Source: Ilumatobacteraceae bacterium (GTDB taxonomy: Bacteria > Actinomycetota > Acidimicrobiia > Acidimicrobiales > Ilumatobacteraceae). From it: 64,000 nt of DNA. The notes beneath the pieces were generated by a model. It worked only from the letters and a program-made list of their open reading frames with translations. It did not search any database and was not told the DNA's origin. The stretch spans positions 8,536 to 72,535 of the forward strand of contig JBIIAC010000001.1 of NCBI GenBank assembly GCA_044240045.1. The letters run 5' to 3'. Both the position numbers and the translations under genes were made by a program. Shown piece after piece: positions 22,888 through 32,325 of this stretch (within the stretch, counting starts at the first letter, position 1; each line of letters begins with the position of its first letter).

Positions 22888-22907
22888 GCATTGCATTGCA
22901 ATGTTTT
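22888..22907 (+). terminator. Weak hairpin plus T-run after tRNA-Pro (putative intrinsic terminator)
   Basis: gcattgc-att-gcaatg stem-loop followed by tttt. The stem is short and AT-rich. Confidence 0.3.
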
Positions 22908-22920
22908 GTATTAAACGCAA

Positions 22921-23766
22921 TTACGCGTTTGACGCGTAGCCAACCATCGACAGCGAGATTGCTGCGAGTACGAGCCCGATGATCTGACTCTTGTGTAATT
23001 TCTCCTTGTCGAGTGTGACTGCAAGTCCCACAGTGGAAACTGGGTAGAGCGCTGTAATCACGCTGACAAGTGAAAGCAATCCGCCGTGGATTGCCAGTAG
23101 GTACAGACCATTTGCTGTTGTGTCGAGTAACCCAGATAGTGCTGCAAGTGGTAAAACTTTGCGAGCAATATGAATCCGTCCCGAGCCAAGGTACGCAACT
23201 AGCGCAACAGTTGGAACACTCACCATGCGTTGTCCTAGCAGCGGCCACAAACCAGCATCGTCTGATGTTTGTGCGAGACAAACAAAGATCACACCAAACC
23301 CAAGACCGGAAACAAATGCAAAAACAATTGCGCGCACTGGAGTGGGCAGATCGTGATGACCGAGTGCATCCCCTACGAGCGCAACAGCCGCAGCCGCGAG
23401 AGCGAATCCAAAGTATGCGATAGTCGCCGGGCGTTCGCCTTGAATGAGACCAACGACAACAGGGCTGCACATACCGACGATCGCAGTAATTGGGGCAATG
23501 ACGGTCATGGATCCAAGTGACATCGCTTGGTAGAAAGCAACTAATGCAACTGCACCGCCGGCGCCTGCAAAGCCGCTCCACCACCAATCATGGGCACTCA
23601 TGATGGGTGTGTTGCCAAAAAAAATAATAATTGCGAGTAAAACAAGCGCTATGAACTGACCCAAAAAAGTAACCGCTGCTGCTTTGGAAACTTTTGTTGC
23701 TCTACCGCCACAATAATCTGCGATGCCATACAACAAGGCCGCACCACACGCCCACACAAGAACCAT
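22921..23766 (-). CDS. EamA/DMT-family transporter
   Basis: About 10 TM segments in a two-fold repeat, Gly/Ala-rich helices, 281 aa. Confidence 0.8.
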   Translation of the reverse strand: MVLVWACGAALLYGIADYCGGRATKVSKAAAVTFLGQFIALVLLAIIIFFGNTPIMSAHDWWWSGFAGAGGAVALVAFYQAMSLGSMTVIAPITAIVGMCSPVVVGLIQGERPATIAYFGFALAAAAVALVGDALGHHDLPTPVRAIVFAFVSGLGFGVIFVCLAQTSDDAGLWPLLGQRMVSVPTVALVAYLGSGRIHIARKVLPLAALSGLLDTTANGLYLLAIHGGLLSLVSVITALYPVSTVGLAVTLDKEKLHKSQIIGLVLAAISLSMVGYASNA

Positions 23767-23855
23767 GCATACCAGTATGGTTGCAAATTGTGGGTGTCTC
23801 AGCGATATGGGCAGTTGCTACGACGTAACCTTGGTTGTCTCAGTGGAGGTGCGCA

Positions 23856-24566
23856 ATGCGCGGTTTAGGTACGTTAATTAATACGTTCACAGTGCTTGGC
23901 GGCGGTGGACTTGGCCTGATTATTGGTCACCGCATTCCCGAGCGTATGCGTGTGACTGTTGTGCAGATAATCGGGCTGGTTACAGTCGCGCTTGGCTTGA
24001 GCGATGTGATGAAGACTCATAACATCGTTTTCCCACTCATAGGTATGGTGCTTGGCGGTCTAATTGGCGAAATAATTCAAATAGAAGAGCGCCTGACCAA
24101 ACTCGGCGAGTTTTTGAAGTCCAAATTTGCTTCAGACAGTACTGATAATCGATTTGTAACTGGTTTTGTTACGGCATCCTTATTGTTTTGCGTCGGTCCA
24201 CTGACCATATTGGGTGCAATTGAAGATGCAAGCGGCAAAACGCCGCAGTTGTACATCATTAAGGGAAGCCTCGACGGTTTCATGACTGTAATTTTCACCG
24301 CGCTGTATGGGGTTGGTGCGATGTTTAGTGCGGTGAGTGTGTTTGTGGTGCAAGGTACGTTGACTTTGTTTGGCACTCGCCTTGATCTTTTGTTGGACGA
24401 CCGGATGCGCACAGAGCTTTTCGCGGCGGGTGGTGTAGCAGTCATGGCGATTGGCTTGAATCTGTTGGAAATCAAGAAAATCAGACTTGGCTCGCTATTG
24501 CCAGGGTTAGTAGTGACGCCAATTCTTGTTTGGATCTTTGCAACTCCAGGCGGACTTTGGTCCTGA
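23856..24566 (+). CDS. DUF554-family membrane protein
   Basis: GTLINTFTVLGGGGLGLIIG N-terminus and a polytopic profile. The ATG at 23856 is preceded by GGAGG at 6-nt spacing. Confidence 0.7.
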   Translation: MRGLGTLINTFTVLGGGGLGLIIGHRIPERMRVTVVQIIGLVTVALGLSDVMKTHNIVFPLIGMVLGGLIGEIIQIEERLTKLGEFLKSKFASDSTDNRFVTGFVTASLLFCVGPLTILGAIEDASGKTPQLYIIKGSLDGFMTVIFTALYGVGAMFSAVSVFVVQGTLTLFGTRLDLLLDDRMRTELFAAGGVAVMAIGLNLLEIKKIRLGSLLPGLVVTPILVWIFATPGGLWS

Positions 24567-24586
24567 GTTGGACTATTTTTTGATCC

Positions 24587-25339
24587 ATGTGTGGAAGATT
24601 CGTACGCAAAACTTCGGCTTTACAAGTTGCTGAAGCATTTACTGCACAGATCAATACAGACGAACTTGCCATAAGTTTTAATGTTGCGCCGACTAGTCGT
24701 GTTCTGGCAGTCGTCAGCGAATCAAATACTCGCTCACTCGTAAATTTTTCATGGGGTCTGATACCGCGTTGGGCGCCAGACTCTTCGCGTGCTGCGAGCA
24801 TGATTAATGCTCGAGTAGAGACTGTTGCAGAGAAACCTTCGTTTCGAGATTTGGTCTCCAAAAACCGTTGTGTGCTTCCCATGGACGGTTATTTTGAGTG
24901 GAGAGAGCAATTAAGTCATGACGAAACAAAATCAATGAAATCGGTGAAACAACCGTTTTATTTTTCGGCCAATTTGGAATCTGGTTTCTCTCATAACGGA
25001 GTACTCGCAGTTGCAGGTCTTTGGACTTCATGGAAGGATCCAAACCAAGCAAACAGCCCTGTGTTGCACACAGTGGTTGCGTTGACAACCGATGCGAATG
25101 ACATGGTTGGCGAGATCCATCATCGGATGCCTGTTCTGTTAGACGAACAAGGTGTCGAAAGTTGGCTTGATGCGGGTACTCAGAGTCCACTTGGAGAATT
25201 GGAGTTGGTTCCTAACGACGCACTTGTCGTATGCGCTGTGAGTACGAAAGTAAATAGTTCGCGCAACAATGGAAGCGAGCTGATAAAACCGATCGTCTTG
25301 ACGAAGTTTGAGCCGGTCGACGAACTCAAACTGTTTTAA
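24587..25339 (+). CDS. SOS response-associated peptidase (SRAP/YedK, abasic-site processing)
   Basis: Starts MCGRF (catalytic Cys2). Also has NARVETVAEKPSFR and HHRMPVLL motifs. Confidence 0.88.
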   Translation: MCGRFVRKTSALQVAEAFTAQINTDELAISFNVAPTSRVLAVVSESNTRSLVNFSWGLIPRWAPDSSRAASMINARVETVAEKPSFRDLVSKNRCVLPMDGYFEWREQLSHDETKSMKSVKQPFYFSANLESGFSHNGVLAVAGLWTSWKDPNQANSPVLHTVVALTTDANDMVGEIHHRMPVLLDEQGVESWLDAGTQSPLGELELVPNDALVVCAVSTKVNSSRNNGSELIKPIVLTKFEPVDELKLF

Positions 25340-25727
25340 GAGTTAAAGCTAATTGTGCAGCTTGTTCTGCGAGTTGCGCAGGATCAACATGGGCGGCGGC
25401 TTGCTCAAAGGATAAATCTGCCATTGTGTTCGCAGGAATTACATGTAGATGGCAGTGTGGTATCTCGAAGCCGGCAATGATCAGTCCAACTCGGGTGCAC
25501 TCATAGAGTGCTTTTTGTGCCAAGCCAATCCTTTTTGCAACAATCATGAGGTGGCTTGAAGTTTTATCGGAAAGATTGGTCCATTCATCGGTCTCCTCTA
25601 TGGGAACTACCAATGTGTGACCGGTCGTGATCGGGTTAATTGTCAAAAATGCAACGCACAGATCATCTCTGTGTACGAAATGACCTGGAATTTCGCCAAG
25701 AATGATGCGTGTAAACAGCGACGGCAT
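25326..25727 (-). CDS. HIT-family nucleotide hydrolase
   Basis: LFTRIILGEIPGHFV N-terminus and the histidine triad HCHLHVIP. I prefer the internal ATG at 25727 over the track start at 25868. Confidence 0.85.
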   Translation of the reverse strand: MPSLFTRIILGEIPGHFVHRDDLCVAFLTINPITTGHTLVVPIEETDEWTNLSDKTSSHLMIVAKRIGLAQKALYECTRVGLIIAGFEIPHCHLHVIPANTMADLSFEQAAAHVDPAQLAEQAAQLALTLKTV

Positions 25728-25785
25728 GACGGAGATTGTAGTGTCGAGCATTGTGACTGATGAAAAGGCAAAATTGACCTCAGGA

Positions 25786-26340
25786 ATGCTTTCAGTGCCT
25801 AACGCGATCACATTGGCTCGCTTGTGCTTGTTGCCGGTTTTCCTGTATGTGCTCTTCGGTCGAAACAATCCTGCTGGTGCTGCATGGTTGCTGGGTGCAA
25901 TTTCTTATACCGATTGGATCGACGGCTGGGTGGCTCGAAAACTCAATCAAACGTCCGTCTTTGGATCTGTTTTTGATCCGTTCGTAGACCGAATGCTCTT
26001 CATCGTTGCAACGATCGGCGTAATGATTGACGGTGGTGTGCCGGGTTGGTTCTGCATCGCCATCATGGTTCGCGAAATCGCGATTGGTGGAGCCATGTTG
26101 ATAGGGACGATGTTTGGTATGCAACGATTTGCAGTGAGCTATTGGGGCAAGTGGTACACGCTGTTCTTGATGACTTCGGTTCCGTTGTTGTTATTGGGGT
26201 CCAGCACAAGTGGGCTTGCAGAGGGGGCAACCGTGTTGGGTTGGATATTTGCGGTTCCAGGTCTTGCTTTGAGTTATTACACAGCCGTTATGTACGTACC
26301 TGTTATTCGGGCAAACCTTCGCGCAGGGCGTACTGGCTGA
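25786..26340 (+). CDS. CDP-alcohol phosphatidyltransferase (PgsA-like)
   Basis: DWIDGWVARKLNQTSVFGSVFDPFVDR matches D-x2-DG-x2-AR-x8-G-x3-D-x3-D. The start is uncertain (ATG 25786, or GTG 25741/25753). Confidence 0.85.
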   Translation: MLSVPNAITLARLCLLPVFLYVLFGRNNPAGAAWLLGAISYTDWIDGWVARKLNQTSVFGSVFDPFVDRMLFIVATIGVMIDGGVPGWFCIAIMVREIAIGGAMLIGTMFGMQRFAVSYWGKWYTLFLMTSVPLLLLGSSTSGLAEGATVLGWIFAVPGLALSYYTAVMYVPVIRANLRAGRTG

Positions 26341-26350
26341 CCGCTACGGT

Positions 26351-26851
26351 ATGGGTATGGCCTATACATTTTGCAATTCTTGTGGGCACCGAAATCCACC
26401 AGAGGCTATTTTTTGTTCCTCGTGCGGCACAGTTCTTGACCAACCGAGCGAGCGCACAATCGTCTTGGCGAAAGTCGACCCGCTTCAGGATGCGCCAGGG
26501 GATCAGGACAACGTGCAAGTGCTGTTAAGTGAGATTCGCGGAAACCAAAATGCTCACGGTTTGTTGGTCATGCGTTCGGGCGAGCGTTCGGGCGAACGGT
26601 TCTCATTAGCGCTCGATCGTGTTGAAATCGGACGCAATCCGGAATGTACTGTCTGTCTTGACGATGTCACAGTTTCGCGCCGTCATGCCGAATTGAGGCT
26701 TGGAAGCGATGGATATGTCGTGGCTGATATGGGCTCGCTTAATGGTACGTATGTGAATCAAGAACGAGTTGATGAGTTCTTGTTGCAAAACGGTGACGAA
26801 TTACAAGTAGGTAAGTATCGCATGGTATTTTTCGACGGCGCCAGCAACTAA
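26351..26851 (+). CDS. FHA-domain protein, GarA/OdhI-like core with N-terminal zinc ribbon
   Basis: The FHA core LDDVTVSRRHAELRL...GSLNGTYVN...NGDELQVGKYRMVFF closely resembles GarA. The N-terminus is CNSCGHRNPPEAIFCSSCG. Confidence 0.88.
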   Translation: MGMAYTFCNSCGHRNPPEAIFCSSCGTVLDQPSERTIVLAKVDPLQDAPGDQDNVQVLLSEIRGNQNAHGLLVMRSGERSGERFSLALDRVEIGRNPECTVCLDDVTVSRRHAELRLGSDGYVVADMGSLNGTYVNQERVDEFLLQNGDELQVGKYRMVFFDGASN

Positions 26852-26897
26852 CGCCGTTTTTTAGAATTCATCGAATTAGTGGCAGAATGTACGACCT

Positions 26898-27680
26898 GTG
26901 ATGACTGACAAGAACTATCTCTCAATTGGTGAGGTGCTCGGACTCTTGCTTGAAGAGTTTCCAGACGTAACTATTTCCAAGATTCGTTTTCTCGAGAGTC
27001 AAGGCTTAATCGAACCAGAGCGCACAGCTTCTGGATATCGCAAGTTCAGCAGATCTGAAGTTGAGAGACTTCGATTTATCTTGCGTGAACAGCGAGAGAA
27101 CTATTTGCCGCTCCGCGTCATTCGCACAAAACTCGATAGTGATACGAGTGACGGCATGATCAGGCCTTATGACGACACCTCACCACACATCGTGAGAAGC
27201 GAGGCGACAAGTGGTGGACATCCTGCTGCCCGTCAAAATCTTGCTAAAGCACCAAGTGCACCAACACGCAATGCGAAGAAGGCTGATGACACATCGTCGA
27301 TTAGTCGAACTGAATTGTTGCAAGAGTTGGACGCGGATGATGTGGTACTGAAGTCTCTGGTAACGAATGGTCTTGTGAAGCCTCGAATCGTCGGCGACAT
27401 CGAAATGTATAGTCCTCTCGATAAAGAGATTGTTTCGATCGCTGCACAATTTATTGCGAAAGGGATCGATGTTCGTCACTTAAAGACTTGGAAACATTCT
27501 GCGGAACGGGAGTTCGGATTGTTTGAACAGCGGATCATGCCTTTCCTTCGACAACGCAATCCAGCTGCTCGTCAAGAGGCGATGGAACTACTTGACGAAT
27601 TGACCGATCTTGCTGACCAGCTACGAACAGCCTTCGTGACAGTTGCGGCGCGAAGCTACAACGAAGGGCGCACACAGTAA
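26898..27680 (+). CDS. MerR-family transcriptional regulator (FtsR/Rv1828-like)
   Basis: N-terminal MerR HTH LSIGEVLGLL...ISKIRFLESQGLIEPERTASGYRKF. Its position after the FHA gene matches actinobacterial synteny. Confidence 0.85.
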   Translation: MMTDKNYLSIGEVLGLLLEEFPDVTISKIRFLESQGLIEPERTASGYRKFSRSEVERLRFILREQRENYLPLRVIRTKLDSDTSDGMIRPYDDTSPHIVRSEATSGGHPAARQNLAKAPSAPTRNAKKADDTSSISRTELLQELDADDVVLKSLVTNGLVKPRIVGDIEMYSPLDKEIVSIAAQFIAKGIDVRHLKTWKHSAEREFGLFEQRIMPFLRQRNPAARQEAMELLDELTDLADQLRTAFVTVAARSYNEGRTQ

Positions 27681-28171
27681 TGCTCATCGAACTGGACCTC
27701 GAAGGTGTTCGTCTAGAGATGCCGAGCAATACGCCGATTTTGATGTTGCGTGAATCTGGCGGTAGTCGTCGAATGTTGCCGATTTATATTGGTGGCCCCG
27801 AGGCTTCCTCAATTCATTTTGCGCTTGAAGGAATCACGCCTGAGAGACCATTGACTCACGATCTATTTGTTTCACTGTTCGGAGTAGTCGATGCGGAACT
27901 CAAAAGTATTGTCATCACCGAAGTGATCGACAGTACCTATTTCGCTGAGTTGCACCTGAAGGGGAGTGGTGGAGAGCGCATAGTTTCGTGCCGTCCGTCA
28001 GATGCCGTGGCCGTAGCCCTGCGAGCCGGCGTACCTATGTACGCAACTGAAGCTCTTATGGATGAGGTTGGTAAGGCAACAGCCGTGACCCATGTTGACT
28101 CTGAAGAAGAGATTTTGGACGAGTTTCGGGATTTCATTGACAGCATCAGACCAGAGGATTTTCAGGGATAG
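27680..28171 (+). CDS. Bifunctional nuclease family protein (DUF151, Rv1829-like)
   Basis: MLPIYIGGPEASSI and RPLTHDL motifs. Start overlaps the upstream stop. Confidence 0.85.
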   Translation: MLIELDLEGVRLEMPSNTPILMLRESGGSRRMLPIYIGGPEASSIHFALEGITPERPLTHDLFVSLFGVVDAELKSIVITEVIDSTYFAELHLKGSGGERIVSCRPSDAVAVALRAGVPMYATEALMDEVGKATAVTHVDSEEEILDEFRDFIDSIRPEDFQG

Positions 28172-28203
28172 TCAAACTCGTTTTACGCACCTAACCTTGA
28201 ACC

Positions 28204-28674
28204 ATGGGTCAAGGGTTTAGCGGCAAAAAAGCAGCGGAGATCGTCGGCATCACGTATCGCCAGATCGACTATTGGGCTCGTACGGATTTAATTCGTCCTT
28301 CTAGTTGCGACGCTGCGGGCAGCGGTTCAAGACGCGTATACAGCTATCGCGACTTATTGGAATTGCGCGTCATAAAAGCTTTGTTGGACGCCGGAATCAA
28401 ACTTGAATCAGTGCGTGAAGTGTTTAAGTATTTGCGAAGTCATGTCGAGTCGGAAATTACTGCTGCACACATTGTGATTAGCGGTCAATCCGTCGTGTTG
28501 TGTCAGGGTGACCAACTCGTTGACGTGCTTCGTAACGGTCAGGGAGTGCTTAACGTATTGCCGTTAGCCGGAGTGAAAGACCAGGTTGATTCGCAGATCG
28601 TTGCGCTGGCTCGTCCAGAGGAGTCCAGAATTGCAGTAGCAACGCATGCGCACTCTGTTGCTGTTGCGCAATAA
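28204..28674 (+). CDS. MerR-family transcriptional regulator (Rv1830-like)
   Basis: HTH AAEIVGITYRQIDYWARTDLIRPS...RVYSYRDLLELRVIKALLDAG. Confidence 0.85.
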   Translation: MGQGFSGKKAAEIVGITYRQIDYWARTDLIRPSSCDAAGSGSRRVYSYRDLLELRVIKALLDAGIKLESVREVFKYLRSHVESEITAAHIVISGQSVVLCQGDQLVDVLRNGQGVLNVLPLAGVKDQVDSQIVALARPEESRIAVATHAHSVAVAQ

Positions 28675-28677
28675 CAA

Positions 28678-28998
28678 TTAGCTTTCTTTCTTTGGCAGGA
28701 ACGCCATCAGCGGGCCCAAATTATTTGCAAGGTCGGCTAGGAGAGTGCTCGCGTCAGCAAGTTTCTGTATCGGATCTTCGATTTCGTCGAGCAACTTGTC
28801 GACACGATTGGCAACTCTGTTGAAGTTTTCCATCGACTGCAGGATTAACTGCAAACTTGCAACAACAGATTCAATCGATCGTTTTGCCTGATCAACAACT
28901 TTGGCGCCGTTCTCGGCAGGATTCAGTGCACTCAGTAAAGCAAATATTTCCTCAATGGATGGAACGGTAAACGGCTTCGAATCGCTGCTTTGCGTCAT
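28678..28998 (-). CDS. Hypothetical small helical protein
   Basis: ORF 34 nt downstream of the PLP enzyme on the same strand, with a predicted all-helical heptad-like sequence. I prefer the ATG at 28998 because the track start would overlap the upstream gene. Confidence 0.5.
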   Translation of the reverse strand: MTQSSDSKPFTVPSIEEIFALLSALNPAENGAKVVDQAKRSIESVVASLQLILQSMENFNRVANRVDKLLDEIEDPIQKLADASTLLADLANNLGPLMAFLPKKES

Positions 28999-29032
28999 GA
29001 CGAAACTGTAGTAGCAGTAGTAACCATCATCA

Positions 29033-30304
29033 TCATGACAGTGTTCCGTATGCGCCGACGTCTCCGGATCTTCCAGAATCAATCACGCTTGCGATGCACA
29101 CATCTAGATCGACAAGCATCGAGTCGATGACCGATTCGTGCACTGCGTTGACAGTGCAATGCAGAGACTGGGGAGGTTCTTGTCGGTCGACGTACCAACC
29201 ACGTGACCACATTTCGTCGGCGACTGCATAGACGTTGAGACGCTCCGGATCTCGCGCAACGAACGAGAGCAATAACGCATCGGGTTGAGCAAGCAATGAA
29301 AGTTCAGAATGATTGCTGATGTGCTGGGCGAGTTTGTCGGTAGCAACGCGAGCACTGCGCGTGAGACGCAAGTAACCGTCATCGCCGAGAAAGTGCATCA
29401 CAGCCCATGCCGCGGCAATCGCGCCACCTGACTTAGTGCCGAGCATTCCACTTGATGCATATACGCCACCAAGCCATTGATCGGTAAAGAAACCTTGATA
29501 CGAGCGCAAACGTTTGGTTGCGTACATGATCACTGAAGCGCCTTTGGACGTGTAGCCATATTTGTGCAAATCAGCTGAGATCGATGTGACGCCCTCTACG
29601 CGCAAGTTCCAAGGTGGTATCTGGTGCCCAAGTCGGCTCAAGTAGGCGAGCGAGACTCCGCCCATGCAGGCGTCAACGTGGCAGTTTATTTTTCGTTGCT
29701 GAGCCAAAGCAGCCAACGCGGGAATGTCATCAACTACACCTTGTGGATACTGAGGGGCTGAGCCAACGATCATGACCGTGTTTTGGTCGATACTTGTCGC
29801 CATTGCCGCAACATCGGCGCGCCAGTCGGGAAGCACTGCAACACGTCTCAACTCGACGCCGAAATAGGCAGCTGCTTTATCGAACGCCGCATGAGCGGAA
29901 GTCGGCAGGACGATGTTCGGATGGGTGATTGAGGATTCGGCTCGAAACTGATCTCGAGCCGCTTTGACTGCCATCAGGATGCTTTCCGTGCCACCGCTGG
30001 TGAAGTACCCAGCGGCGTCTGGAGCCGAACCAAGCCATACACCGGCCATCTCCAGTACTTCGCCCTGCATCTGTCGCAAGCTGGGGAAAGCGGCCGTATT
30101 GAGGGCGTTGGCGCCACTAAAACGTCTGTAAGCCTCCTCAGCAATTGCTAAAACCTCAGGACCAGCGTTATATGCCAGCGAGAACGCTTTGCCGTCTCGC
30201 CACTGCACATCCTGTGCAGACATCTCATCGAATGATTTGGTGATGCTTTGTGCGCTCAAACCAGTCACGGGGATGGCATGGGGCTCAGATTTGCCTATTT
30301 TCAT
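29033..30304 (-). CDS. PLP-dependent group II decarboxylase-fold enzyme, sphingosine-1-phosphate lyase-like (soluble)
   Basis: TSGGTESILMAVKAARD, and SADLHKYGYTSKGAS containing the PLP lysine motif HK typical of the SPL/GAD family. No N-terminal TM segment. Confidence 0.8.
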   Translation of the reverse strand: MKIGKSEPHAIPVTGLSAQSITKSFDEMSAQDVQWRDGKAFSLAYNAGPEVLAIAEEAYRRFSGANALNTAAFPSLRQMQGEVLEMAGVWLGSAPDAAGYFTSGGTESILMAVKAARDQFRAESSITHPNIVLPTSAHAAFDKAAAYFGVELRRVAVLPDWRADVAAMATSIDQNTVMIVGSAPQYPQGVVDDIPALAALAQQRKINCHVDACMGGVSLAYLSRLGHQIPPWNLRVEGVTSISADLHKYGYTSKGASVIMYATKRLRSYQGFFTDQWLGGVYASSGMLGTKSGGAIAAAWAVMHFLGDDGYLRLTRSARVATDKLAQHISNHSELSLLAQPDALLLSFVARDPERLNVYAVADEMWSRGWYVDRQEPPQSLHCTVNAVHESVIDSMLVDLDVCIASVIDSGRSGDVGAYGTLS

Positions 30305-30365
30305 TACTCATCCTAACTTTACATAACTATGATTATGGGCGAATAAACCAAGCCAGGAACGGCAC

Positions 30366-30809
30366 TTACGGTTGACTTTGTTCCTGGACTAACGGTCTAG
30401 CTGCATCCAACAGCCACGATAACGCAGCCTTGTAGTCGCGTGTTGTTGGATCAATAGATGGATCCAAATCTTGTTCGACGTCCTGCACTGCACAACGCAA
30501 CACAAAGATCTGGTCGCGCAGTTTGTCGCGCTCTGTGCGCGTGATAACCAGTTCGTCTTCGCTGAGTGCAAGTTCTGACGCACGTTGACGAGCAACCCAA
30601 TCCCACTGCCTGCAGGCTTGCGAACAAAACTCACGAGGTCTACCGGCACCTGAACTCGCGGGCAATGGGCTCCTGCACCATCGGCACTTGAGATGGTCTT
30701 GGATAGTGACTGGAGTCTGTGTGTTACTTTCGGTCTTGGACGTCTGATCTGACTGATCGGCGTGAGCCTTCTGATCCGGTTGTTTCGTCATGACGAAAAG
30801 GTAGGCCAT
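30366..30809 (-). CDS. Hypothetical Zn-ribbon plus coiled-coil protein
   Basis: CRWCRSPLP...PREFCSQACRQWDW (CxxC...CxxxC), followed by a helical C-terminal half. Alternative start at 30791. Confidence 0.55.
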   Translation of the reverse strand: MAYLFVMTKQPDQKAHADQSDQTSKTESNTQTPVTIQDHLKCRWCRSPLPASSGAGRPREFCSQACRQWDWVARQRASELALSEDELVITRTERDKLRDQIFVLRCAVQDVEQDLDPSIDPTTRDYKAALSWLLDAARPLVQEQSQP

Positions 30810-30849
30810 GAACCGGCAAATTGCGAGGATTACTGCGCATACTTAAGGC

Positions 30850-31920
30850 ATGTCCTCACTCGCGGTTCCATCGCACCTCGTAGCACCAAGCAGATTGCTC
30901 TCGAGCGACAACGCATCTGGCACCCATCCCCTCGTGTTGGAGGCAATGCAAAAGGCAAACAACGGTCACGCACTCGCCTACGGCAACGACCAATTTACGC
31001 AGGATGCCGAAGCGGCATTCTCTGAACTCTTTGGCAAAGACGTAGTGACGCGGTTTGCGTTCGGCGGAACCGGCGCCAATGTGATGGCACTCGCAAACAT
31101 GTTGCAACCTGCAGAAGCTGTTGTGTGCACTTCATGGGCACACATCGCGGTCGATGAGGCTGGTGCTCCCGAGCGTTTCCTTGGAGCAAAACTGATTGAC
31201 CTCCCCTCACCAGATGCCAAATTGCGTCCAAGCGACTTGCATTCGCTCGAGCATCTTTTTAGTAGCGAACACCATGTTCAGCCTCGTGTTGTTTCAATTA
31301 CACAAGCAACTGAATTGGGAACGCTGTACTCAGCGCAAGAAGTAAAAGATCTCTGCAATGCGGCCCACGAAATGAACATGCTTGTGCACATGGACGGCGC
31401 ACGTATTTGCAATGCAACTGCTGCACTCGGTGCGACACGTGAAGCATTACGTTCCTTCACAATTGACGCAGGTGTTGACGTGTTGACATTTGGCGGCACC
31501 AAAACCGGCGCCATGTTTGGTGAAGCTGTCGTTTTCTTTAACACCGATCTTGCAAAAAGGTCGCTCTATGTGCGCAAGCAGTCGACTCAGCTGTATTCAA
31601 AAATGAGATTTATTTCTGCACAATATTTGGCTCTCCTGAACAATGATTTGTTTATCGAACTCGGTGTTGCTAGCAACTCCGCTGCAAAGTCTTTGTTTGA
31701 ACAAGTACGAGACATCGAGATGTTGCAACTCTCTTTTGCTCCAACGGTCAACAGCATCTACCCCGTTGTCTTGCCCGCAGTGAGCAAAGCACTCCAGGAA
31801 TGGTCATTCTTTTGGGATTGGGATGTGGCGACTCACCAGGTGCGCTGGATGACGGCATGGGATGTCGATGCATCTGATATCGCTGCTTTTGTTGCAGGTC
31901 TTCGCTCACTTTTGGACTGA
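30850..31920 (+). CDS. Low-specificity threonine aldolase / beta-eliminating lyase family
   Basis: FGGTGANVMAL, HMDGARICNA, and FGGTKTGAMFGEAVVF containing the PLP lysine. Confidence 0.82.
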   Translation: MSSLAVPSHLVAPSRLLSSDNASGTHPLVLEAMQKANNGHALAYGNDQFTQDAEAAFSELFGKDVVTRFAFGGTGANVMALANMLQPAEAVVCTSWAHIAVDEAGAPERFLGAKLIDLPSPDAKLRPSDLHSLEHLFSSEHHVQPRVVSITQATELGTLYSAQEVKDLCNAAHEMNMLVHMDGARICNATAALGATREALRSFTIDAGVDVLTFGGTKTGAMFGEAVVFFNTDLAKRSLYVRKQSTQLYSKMRFISAQYLALLNNDLFIELGVASNSAAKSLFEQVRDIEMLQLSFAPTVNSIYPVVLPAVSKALQEWSFFWDWDVATHQVRWMTAWDVDASDIAAFVAGLRSLLD

Positions 31921-31986
31921 GTTCAATAGAGTTTTAGGTCTTTTTTGTTTAATTGACCAGTTAGTTAGTTTCCCGCTAGTGTCCTG

Positions 31987-32301
31987 ATGAGCGGGGGCAT
32001 TATGGCGGCAGTCGAATTTGGACAACGGATTCAAAGTGACGACGAGTGGATGGCCAGCGCCGCGTGTTTGGGACTGACCAACGTATTCTTCCCCGCTATC
32101 GCTGAGCGCCCACAGACGCGCGAACGACGCGAAGAGATGGCTCGTTCGGTTTGTATGGAGTGCCCAGTGCTGGAAGCTTGTAGAACTTTTGCACGCGAGA
32201 ACCATGAGTATGGTTTCTGGGGTGGAGAATCCGAAGAAGAACGTCACGCTGCGGGATATCGACTTATTGCGCCTATCGGCGTTCGATCGCTTCGCTCCTA
32301 A
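31987..32301 (+). CDS. WhiB-family transcriptional regulator
   Basis: Four Cys (AAC...-x-CMECPVLEAC) followed by the GFWGG turn and a basic tail. Alternative start at 32002. Confidence 0.9.
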   Translation: MSGGIMAAVEFGQRIQSDDEWMASAACLGLTNVFFPAIAERPQTRERREEMARSVCMECPVLEACRTFARENHEYGFWGGESEEERHAAGYRLIAPIGVRSLRS

Positions 32302-32325
32302 ATCTGAAGCGCGGCCGTTGTCGCA

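Noticed and set aside
22790-23587. 265-aa Cys/Arg-rich ORF on the minus strand
   Set aside because: It runs through the complement of tRNA-Pro and is an alternative frame of the EamA transporter gene. Its composition (Cys, Arg, Trp, Ser rich) is not protein-like.
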